DNA of 23,417 nucleotides from Candidatus Nanohalobium sp. (lineage in GTDB: Archaea; Nanohalarchaeota; Nanosalinia; Nanosalinales; Nanosalinaceae), in the NCBI GenBank assembly GCA_042217555.1, contig JBDGSL010000052.1:1-23417 (forward strand), in the 5' to 3' direction. Below the pieces are notes generated by a model. That model saw only the letters and a program-made list of their open reading frames with translations. It did not search any database and had not been told where the DNA came from. This document shows, piece by piece, positions 17,673 to 23,417 of the stretch. The position numbers and the translations under genes were made by a program. Positions within the stretch are counted from its first letter, which is position 1. Each line of letters begins with the position of its first letter.

Positions 17673-18362
17673 GTGGTTTTTTTGAGAGAAGAGTTTATCG
17701 ATCTTCTGGAATCCAATTTTGATCACGCGGAAAAGTTCAGTGAACGTTTTGACGAGGTGCAGGACGGTCAGAGCCCGGATTTTGTTACGGTTTGCTGTTC
17801 TGATTCAAGGGTGCTTCAGGACCATATGTGGGGTAATGAACATCCTGGAGAAGTCTTCACATGCAGCAATATCGGGAACAGGGTTTTTCAGGACACCGAT
17901 GAGGGCGAGGCAGTCTCTGGTGATGTTCTGTACCCTGTAGCACATACAGGGACGGAGACGATTGTCGTAGTCGGCCATACAGGTTGTGGCGCAGTCACAG
18001 CCACGTACAGAGACTTAACCGGTGGTGTTGAGGAGCCTGAAGGTATCAGGCACTGCATCGACCTCCTGAAGGAGAGGCTTGAACAGGGCGTGGAAGAGCT
18101 TCCTGAGGGACTTGAAGACTCTGAGGCAGTCAACCATCTGGTTGAATACAACGTTGACAGACAGGTAGAGTTCCTGAGAGACTCTGATGAAGTACCGGAA
18201 GATGTCGATGTTGTCGGCGCGGTATACGACTTTCAGGACGTATACTCCGGGAAAAGAGGACAGGTTCATTTAATCAACGTTAACGGAGAGAACCGTGTAG
18301 AAAGACTGAAGAAGGAGAACCCTGAGATAAGGCAAAGGTTTGAAAGGCTCTGGCGGCCGTAG
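17673..18362 (+). CDS. Beta-class carbonic anhydrase
   Basis: GQSP, Zn ligands CCSDSRV and GHTGCGAV, NIGN, and EYNVDRQV. The real start may be TTG 17682, with AGGTGG (17671-17676) as the SD. Confidence 0.92.
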   Translation: MVFLREEFIDLLESNFDHAEKFSERFDEVQDGQSPDFVTVCCSDSRVLQDHMWGNEHPGEVFTCSNIGNRVFQDTDEGEAVSGDVLYPVAHTGTETIVVVGHTGCGAVTATYRDLTGGVEEPEGIRHCIDLLKERLEQGVEELPEGLEDSEAVNHLVEYNVDRQVEFLRDSDEVPEDVDVVGAVYDFQDVYSGKRGQVHLINVNGENRVERLKKENPEIRQRFERLWRP

Positions 18363-18371
18363 AAAAAAGTT

Positions 18372-18947
18372 TTACTTTCTTCTTTTCACTTTCTCTTTTA
18401 TCTCTGCCTCAGCTTTCTCTGATATGTCTACGACAGGTCTCCAGACTGGTTCAAGCATGTTCCAGGTTTTACAGGCTGTAAAGAGTCCTGCAGCTGCTGC
18501 GATAAATGCTCCGGCGATGTCGACCGGCCAGTGCTCTCCTATGTAGATCCGGGAGAAACCTGTCAACAGTCCTGCCGCCATGAGAAGCCCGCCAAGGTTT
18601 TCCCTCTCTCTGTATATCAGTGGGAGGGCCGAGGCAAACAGGGCTGCTGTGTGCTGACTGGGAAACGAGTTCTCAGAGTGGTAAGCAGCGATAGTATCGT
18701 AGACTGCGGAAGGATTTTTATGGAAGTAAACCATGCTCATGCCATAAGATAGAAGTATGCCAAGGACAGAAGCATAGAAGGTATAGCCGGCGTCCTCTTT
18801 ACCCCTCCGATCCTGAAACCACAGATATACAAGGCTAAGAGGCAACAGCAGTACAAGATAGTCGGCTGCAAGCATCATGGCAGTATCCATCACAGAGTTA
18901 CCTGTCAAACCGTAGATAACCCGGAAGCCGACCTGATCCCAGGACAT
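18372..18947 (-). CDS. PAP2-family membrane phosphatase (BcrC-like lipid-diphosphate phosphatase)
   Basis: SFPSQH and SRIYIGEHWPVDI motifs plus several TM helices. Confidence 0.88.
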   Translation of the reverse strand: MSWDQVGFRVIYGLTGNSVMDTAMMLAADYLVLLLPLSLVYLWFQDRRGKEDAGYTFYASVLGILLSYGMSMVYFHKNPSAVYDTIAAYHSENSFPSQHTAALFASALPLIYRERENLGGLLMAAGLLTGFSRIYIGEHWPVDIAGAFIAAAAGLFTACKTWNMLEPVWRPVVDISEKAEAEIKEKVKRRK

Positions 18948-19054
18948 AACCTCTTACAGAGGATTCAGCTACTTAAAACTATGGCTGCCATTTCCAGTTA
19001 TAAGGTGAATTAAACAAAATGGTTGAAACTAAAAACACAGTTTCTGGACAAGCC

Positions 19055-19075
19055 GAAAATCACAAGGTGATTTTC
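19055..19075 (+). promoter_or_regulatory. 9-bp hairpin containing the rpl40e Shine-Dalgarno sequence
   Basis: GAAAATCAC-AAG-GTGATTTTC. AGGTGA (19065-19070) spans the loop and 3' arm; the ATG is at 19078. Confidence 0.55.
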
Positions 19076-19077
19076 TA

Positions 19078-19239
19078 ATGGCTCAGAAGTTCGAAGAAGC
19101 CGAGGAAAGACTTTTCGGAAACATCTACATCTGCAGAAAATGCAACGCAAAGAACAGGACCGACAACCCTGAAGAAACAAGCTGCAGAAAATGCGGATAC
19201 AGCAACCTGAGACACAAGAACGAACAGTTCGCAGGGTAA
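19078..19239 (+). CDS. rpl40e: 50S ribosomal protein L40e
   Basis: Not in the ORF track (53 aa). [53 protein letters not shown] shows the F.EAE.RL...ICxxCNAxN...CRKCG...LRxK zinc-finger pattern, with an AGGTGA SD. Confidence 0.93.
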   Translation: MAQKFEEAEERLFGNIYICRKCNAKNRTDNPEETSCRKCGYSNLRHKNEQFAG

Positions 19240-19286
19240 GTACCCTTACCTCTCTTTAATAGTTCTTTTCTCGGTATCAGTTACTG

Positions 19287-20165
19287 ATGGAATGGCTTCT
19301 ACCTGCCCTGGCATCCGCAGGATTCTTTTCCGTTCTCAATGTAGTGACCAAGAAGCTGACAGAGGATATCTCCGGCATAGTATACACAACGATATTTACA
19401 CTCTCCGCAACAGCAATCTACACCCCGCTGTTCCTCTACCTGTACACAGGAACAGGTTTTGAACAGGGATTGCTGCCCTGGCTTGCAGTACTTGCTTCAG
19501 GGATTGCCAACGCACTCGGGATAATAGCATACAACACCTCCATCAAGTACGGAGAAATATCAGAGGTAATACCTCTCACCAAGATCACTCCTGTCTTCAC
19601 AGCCATCCTAGGATACGTGATACTGGGCGAAAGCCTGGACCCGGCCGCCATACTAGGGATCATCGCTGTAACGACAGGAAGCTACATTGTACTGCTCAGA
19701 AGACAAGGAACAGTACTGAAACCGTTCAAAAGAATTGTACATGAAAAAGCCCCGCTACTGGCCTTTTCAACCTCCCTGATATACGCAGCAGCATCCATAG
19801 CAGACCGGTACGGCAACCAGGCTATACCACCTTACACATACGGCTACATAATCTTCCTGACGATGTCAATATCACTGACAACATACCTGGCAGCCAGGGA
19901 CAGGGAAAAACTCAGGAAAGCAAAGGAAACAGCCCTAAAGAAACCCGTCTCCTACACCTTCGTAGGCATACTGGCTGCATCAGCCTACCTATCGATCTTC
20001 ATAGCCTACTCACTTGCACCGGCCTACAAAGTCATACCGATACTCCAGCTCCAGGTACTGGCAAGCATAGCCGCAGGAGGCTACCTGTTCAACGAAGAAA
20101 ACATGGCCGGAAAGATTATAGGATCCGCCACCCTCATAACAGGAGTAATACTCATCGCAATATAA
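19287..20165 (+). CDS. EamA/DMT-family transporter
   Basis: 292 aa with about 10 TM helices in two repeats, ISEVIPLTKITPVFTAILGYVILGE and LFNEE...KIIGS. Confidence 0.9.
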   Translation: MEWLLPALASAGFFSVLNVVTKKLTEDISGIVYTTIFTLSATAIYTPLFLYLYTGTGFEQGLLPWLAVLASGIANALGIIAYNTSIKYGEISEVIPLTKITPVFTAILGYVILGESLDPAAILGIIAVTTGSYIVLLRRQGTVLKPFKRIVHEKAPLLAFSTSLIYAAASIADRYGNQAIPPYTYGYIIFLTMSISLTTYLAARDREKLRKAKETALKKPVSYTFVGILAASAYLSIFIAYSLAPAYKVIPILQLQVLASIAAGGYLFNEENMAGKIIGSATLITGVILIAI

Positions 20166-20221
20166 CAGACCCATTTAAAGAACTTAACAACACACACCCA
20201 ATCAAAAGACAAAAAATCATT

Positions 20222-20364
20222 GCCGCGTTAGCTCAGCTGGTAGAGCACGTCCTTGGTAGGAACTTCTGAAAGCTCCACCATCATAGCACATTCAGTATAA
20301 CTGAATGCACTTCGGAAGTTTTCCAAACAGGACGAGGCCCCGGGTTCAAATCCCGGACGTGGCT
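20222..20364 (+). tRNA. tRNA-Thr(GGT) with a 70-nt intron at canonical position 37/38 (intron 20259-20328)
   Basis: Acceptor GCCGCGT/ACGTGGC with U73, D-arm GCTCAGCTGGTAGAGC, anticodon stem CGTCC/GGACG with loop TTGGTA|A, and T-arm CCGGG-TTCAAAT-CCCGG. The splice junction is a bulge-helix-bulge (TA|G, TTGG/CCAA, AC|A). ATTTAAAG lies upstream at about 20173. Confidence 0.92.
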
Positions 20365-20516
20365 ACCTGTTAACGGATAAATCTTCTTCCCGGAAGCTTC
20401 AGGGTCTTGAAAAAGTTCTCTGCCCCCCCCTCTAACTGCCGCCTGTACACTCATATTAGAGCCTGGTAGAAAACAGGTACGAACACACCTTGGGGATAAA
20501 TGAACACAGACAACAG

Positions 20517-20536
20517 TGGACTCTCCAGGAGTTGAA
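20517..20536 (-). repeat. Degenerate copy of the tRNA-Ala 3' end (att-like scar)
   Basis: TGGACTCTCCAGGAGTTGAA versus tRNA TGGACTCTCTGGGATTTGAA (21486-21505): 17/20 identical. Confidence 0.6.
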
Positions 20537-20548
20537 GATCAGAGATTC

Positions 20549-20633
20549 GAAGATTCTAAACGAATCTTCTCCAAGAAAATTCTACCAGAATTTTCGTTTT
20601 CATGGCCCGATTCGCCATATCCTCCGGATATGG
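20549..20633. repeat. Three consecutive perfect hairpins
   Basis: GAAGATTC-TAAAC-GAATCTTC (20549-20569), GAAAATTCT-ACC-AGAATTTTC (20575-20595) and CCATATCC-TCC-GGATATGG (20615-20633). Confidence 0.75.
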
Positions 20634-20650
20634 ACTCTCTGGGATTCGAA
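20630..20650 (-). repeat. Copy of the tRNA-Ala 3' end (att-like scar)
   Basis: ATGGACTCTCTGGGATTCGAA versus 21485-21505 ATGGACTCTCTGGGATTTGAA: 20/21 identical. Confidence 0.85.
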
Positions 20651-20673
20651 ACTCGAAGCTAAATCTCCAGACT

Positions 20674-21492
20674 CGGGGCATGTGATGGACTCCTTGCCTT
20701 TCCACTCCCCGAATCACGTTAAAGGCATTACGGACAACTCTCCCTATGTTAAACACAGTTAAACAAAGTTTTATTTGAATAGGGCGTATAGCAGTCTCGA
20801 CCCAAACACATTTAAGTGTTACTAAACAATAACAACTTGTGATAATATGGCGGAACATACTACACCATCGATGAACTCTTCAGATGTTTATGCAGAAGGA
20901 AAAGTTTCTCCTTCAGAAGCAGAACAGGTAATGGCAAATCTCACGAACGGAAGCGTAGGAGTTGAATACAATGGACCAAGAGGTTTAGAAGATAGACAAT
21001 TAGTTGAACCTCAAGAAGCTGCGGAAGTTCTCAATACCGCACTTGAATACGCCGCACAAATGACTCCAGACGAAAGACTGGAAAGAGAAGAAGCTATGGA
21101 AGCACTTGGATTTGACAACTCTGCCTATGGAAGCGGTTCAGTTGTCCAAGAACTCGTAGAGGGTCATGGCGAACAAGGAACAGACACTCCTGTATATCTA
21201 ATGGTGGACTTCAACGAAGATATAGCGAACGAAGGGAATGGAGTCGGCTCAGGAATCGCAGTCGTGGTAGATAACCTCCAAACCGCCGCTAGGTCTACTG
21301 AAGAAGACTATGAAGCGAACCTAACATTCACAGGAAATATGGCAGGAGAACTCGGTGAGGCTTACCAGACAGTAGCTGACCTATAGAGAAACAATTCTTT
21401 AATCATCTCTTATCTCTTCCTTCTACTTATTGGTCTGCCGAGATATTCATTAATTATAAAAGAATAACAGATACGGGGCATGTGATGGACTC
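20674..21492. mobile_element. Single-gene cassette bounded by an exact 19-bp direct repeat at the tRNA-Ala 3' end
   Basis: CGGGGCATGTGATGGACTC occurs at 20674-20692 and 21474-21492, 800 bp apart. The second copy overlaps the last 7 nt of tRNA-Ala. The repeat encloses only the 179-aa ORF. Confidence 0.6.
20847..21386 (+). CDS. Hypothetical, extremely acidic protein
   Basis: 179-aa ORF that is D/E-rich with a single Lys, with an ATTTAAGT TATA-like box at 20810-20817; no family recognised. Confidence 0.8.
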   Translation: MAEHTTPSMNSSDVYAEGKVSPSEAEQVMANLTNGSVGVEYNGPRGLEDRQLVEPQEAAEVLNTALEYAAQMTPDERLEREEAMEALGFDNSAYGSGSVVQELVEGHGEQGTDTPVYLMVDFNEDIANEGNGVGSGIAVVVDNLQTAARSTEEDYEANLTFTGNMAGELGEAYQTVADL

Positions 21493-21559
21493 TCTGGGAT
21501 TTGAACCCAGGGCCTTCTCCGTGCCAGGGAGACGTTCTGCCAGGCTGAACTAAGAGCCC
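21486..21559 (-). tRNA. tRNA-Ala(GGC)
   Basis: GGGCTCTTAGTTCAGCCTGGCAGAACGTCTCCCTGGCACGGAGAAGGCCCTGGGTTCAAATCCCAGAGAGTCCA: G3:U70 pair, A73, anticodon loop CT-GGC-AC; CCA not encoded. Confidence 0.95.
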
Positions 21560-21626
21560 TTTTTTTCTTTTTGTGTTGAAAGGGAGGGGAGGCAAGTTTT
21601 AAAGGATGTGTTCTTTTCAGGTGTCT

Positions 21627-22277
21627 ATGGGACTTGAGCTTTCTACGGGCCGGAGTTTTGAGGTGGGGAGTGAGTTGGGTCCGGAGTTTTTCAGGGAGAG
21701 GTGTCACGTGGTGGCGGAGTCGTTGGTTGGGAAGCTGCTTGTGAACGAGGTTGACGGCGTCGCGGGCGTTATCGTTGAGACGGAGGCTTACATGGGGGAG
21801 GATGATCCTGCCTGCCACCTGTCGAACGGTGATACGGAGAGAAACCAGGTATTCTTCAAAGGCCCGGGAACGGTCTACGTCTTTGTCATCCACGGCCACG
21901 ACAACCTGAACTTCATAACTGAACACAGGGGTCATCCGGGAGGCGTGTTGATCAGGGCGGTCGAACCGGTGAAAGAGGTGGAGAAGATGAAGAAACGTCG
22001 TGGAAAGACAGGTAAAAAACTGACTGACGGCCCTGGAAAACTTACAGAAGCCTTCAACATTTCAAAAAAGCAACACAACGGCCAAAGTATAGATAAATCT
22101 CCGATAACAGTCCGCGAAACCAGTCTTGAACTTGAAACAGCGAAGACAGAGAGAATTGGCATATCAGACGCAGAACACTGGGAGCTACGGTACATCGCAG
22201 AAGAAAACAGATACGTGTCGAAAAACATGGAAACCAAAGAGAACTACAGCCAAGAAGTCCAAAGCTACTATAGCTGA
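21627..22277 (+). CDS. mpg: DNA-3-methyladenine glycosylase (MPG/AAG family)
   Basis: IVETEAYMG.DDPACH, GPGTVYVFVIHG, GVLIRAVEP, GPGKLTEAF and RIGIS. The start is probably ATG 21627 (after AGGTG and about 25 bp from TTTTAAA) rather than 21606. Confidence 0.92.
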   Translation: MGLELSTGRSFEVGSELGPEFFRERCHVVAESLVGKLLVNEVDGVAGVIVETEAYMGEDDPACHLSNGDTERNQVFFKGPGTVYVFVIHGHDNLNFITEHRGHPGGVLIRAVEPVKEVEKMKKRRGKTGKKLTDGPGKLTEAFNISKKQHNGQSIDKSPITVRETSLELETAKTERIGISDAEHWELRYIAEENRYVSKNMETKENYSQEVQSYYS

Positions 22278-22308
22278 AATTCAGGTACTTTAACTATTAA
22301 AGCTGTGT

Positions 22309-22542
22309 TTAAAGGTAGTTCACTAGCTCTTTCTCTTCCTCGCCGCATTGGAGACAGGCTGAATACCGGCATGGTTCATTGGCGTACTTGTCTTCCTTGT
22401 CTTCCAGAAAAACTTCAACGTAGTGGGGTTCCTCTGAGTTACAGACTCCGCATTCTTCCCTTACCAGGCTGTTGTCATCCGGTTCGAGGCCTAGTTCTTC
22501 CAGCACTTCCTCGTTGACAGCATACTCTTTGTAGTCTGTCAT
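22309..22542 (-). CDS. Small zinc-ribbon protein (CxxC...H...CxxCG)
   Basis: EECGVCNSEEPHYVEV...EPCRYSACLQCGE resembles haloarchaeal one-domain zinc beta-ribbon micro-proteins. Confidence 0.75.
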   Translation of the reverse strand: MTDYKEYAVNEEVLEELGLEPDDNSLVREECGVCNSEEPHYVEVFLEDKEDKYANEPCRYSACLQCGEEEKELVNYL

Positions 22543-22612
22543 CTAGTTACAGAAGAAAACTATTGTTTGAAATTTCTTATTGTTTCCCACCTCTCCTTTG
22601 GCCCGGGAAATG

Positions 22613-23233
22613 TCACGTAAGTTTTACTTCCTCTACCTTCTCTACTCCTTTGTTTCCGACTGTGACGGAGAAGGCTTTGCCTGTTTCGTCTGCGGCTGCG
22701 TTGAGTACTGGTGTGTCCATGAGGCTTCTTTTTCCGAAGTCTTCGTGGACGTGTCCGTTCATCCAGAGGGCGGGTTTGTGTTTTATGATGAGTTCTCTGA
22801 ACTGTTCGAATCCTATTCTTTTGCCTGAGTGTATGCGGTCTCCGACTTTTTTCGGTGGGTAGTGTGATCCTATGATGACTTTGTTGGAGTCCATGTCTTC
22901 TACCAGTTCGTTTACTTCTTTCTTGATGTCTTCCGGGAAGTCCCCTCCGATAAGGATTAGTTTGTACTCTTCGTCTATATCTGCCTCCAGGAAGTTGTAC
23001 ACGGGTACTTCGCCGTCCAGGAACTCTTCACTGAACATCATGTCTCTGTTTCCTGTTGTTCCTACTGCTGCGATCTCGATCCGGCTGAAGAGATCTTCCG
23101 CATAGCTTTCATCCATGTAGTCACCAAGGTTGACGTATAGGTCGTAACCGCCTGAGTTAGCTTCTTCCACGGCTGCTTCCTTCAGTTCTTCATCGGCGTG
23201 AAAGTCACTGGTGACAAGGATCTTCAAACTCAT
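22613..23233 (-). CDS. Calcineurin-like metallophosphoesterase (Icc-related)
   Basis: Motifs SDFH, LGD, GNRD, SHYPP and GHVHE. The true start is ATG 23233 (MSLKILVTSDFH), with a TATTTAAG box about 25 bp upstream; the track's extension to 23416 is not credible. Confidence 0.88.
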   Translation of the reverse strand: MSLKILVTSDFHADEELKEAAVEEANSGGYDLYVNLGDYMDESYAEDLFSRIEIAAVGTTGNRDMMFSEEFLDGEVPVYNFLEADIDEEYKLILIGGDFPEDIKKEVNELVEDMDSNKVIIGSHYPPKKVGDRIHSGKRIGFEQFRELIIKHKPALWMNGHVHEDFGKRSLMDTPVLNAAADETGKAFSVTVGNKGVEKVEEVKLT

Positions 23234-23319
23234 GAAACCATCAAGTGACTTCAAACCCTTAAATACATCGGGCCGGTGTATATGCTGGAGATATAAACCT
23301 CGGATCTTAACCACTGAGC

Positions 23320-23417
23320 ATGGAACCCGTAACCTTGGTAGGTCTAGGAGCAGCAGGCCTCGCACTCGCAGTACTCGCACCAATAAGCGCAAGAATGGTA
23401 CAGCTCGCAATATCACG
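23320..23417 (+). CDS. 3'-partial ORF resembling the C-terminal half of HtpX (M48 peptidase)
   Basis: MEPVTLVGLGAAGLALAVLAPISARMVQLAIS(R) resembles the HtpX segment LAPIxAxLxQxAISRxRExxAD. ATATAAA lies about 25 bp upstream and there is an in-frame TAA four codons before the ATG. Confidence 0.5.
   Translation, partial: MEPVTLVGLGAAGLALAVLAPISARMVQLAIS

Noticed and set aside
14307..18947. Mutase-HAD-glmU cluster plus PAP2 as a novel glycosylation system
   Set aside because: These are ordinary nucleotide-sugar and lipid-carrier housekeeping genes with no glycosyltransferases or unusual partners in the window.
20423..20430. C8 homopolymer as a phase-variation tract
   Set aside because: It is not inside a credible gene or promoter; the minus-strand frame through it runs antisense into tRNA-Thr.
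20517..20692. Possible CRISPR array or split-tRNA half formed by the TGGACTC repeats
   Set aside because: Spacing is irregular, the repeats are tRNA-derived and no cas genes are present. The copies cover only about 20 nt, with no anticodon arm or BHB leader as a split tRNA would need.
20490..20858. ORFs 20490..20762 (+) and 20556..20858 (-)
   Set aside because: They are non-acidic, use weak starts and run across att scars and hairpins, so they are most likely non-coding.
23234..23416. 61-aa N-terminal extension of the metallophosphoesterase
   Set aside because: It spans the divergent promoter and the opposite-strand ORF; the family motif starts at ATG 23233.

Overview
This is a gene-dense archaeal chromosome segment with very acidic proteins, short intergenic regions, TATA boxes about 25 bp before start codons, a BHB-type tRNA intron and an L40e gene. 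It is most consistent with a halophilic DPANN archaeon such as Nanohaloarchaeota (inference). The left ~7.1 kb looks like an accessory/defence island: a RelE/ParE-like toxin (partial), a decayed tyrosine-recombinase pseudogene missed by the ORF track, small hypothetical genes, a low-GC ABC/AAA-ATPase + TOPRIM gene pair, and a 1208-aa fused type IIG restriction-modification enzyme. The rest is mostly housekeeping: thiI, ychF, DUF4186, hisS, phosphohexomutase, HAD, glmU-like, beta-carbonic anhydrase, PAP2, rpl40e, EamA, intron-containing tRNA-Thr(GGT), tRNA-Ala(GGC), MPG glycosylase, a Zn-ribbon protein and a metallophosphoesterase. The most unusual signals are: (1) stacked att-like copies of the tRNA-Ala 3' end, including a single orphan gene bounded by an exact 19-bp direct repeat with no integrase nearby; (2) a saw-tooth G+T versus A+C strand asymmetry that ignores gene orientation and resets at intergenic AGGGAGGG-like motifs; (3) a dispersed GAARAT..ATYTTC hairpin family, one copy of which buries the rpl40e ribosome-binding site. 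All family assignments come from motif recognition by eye; no searches were run.
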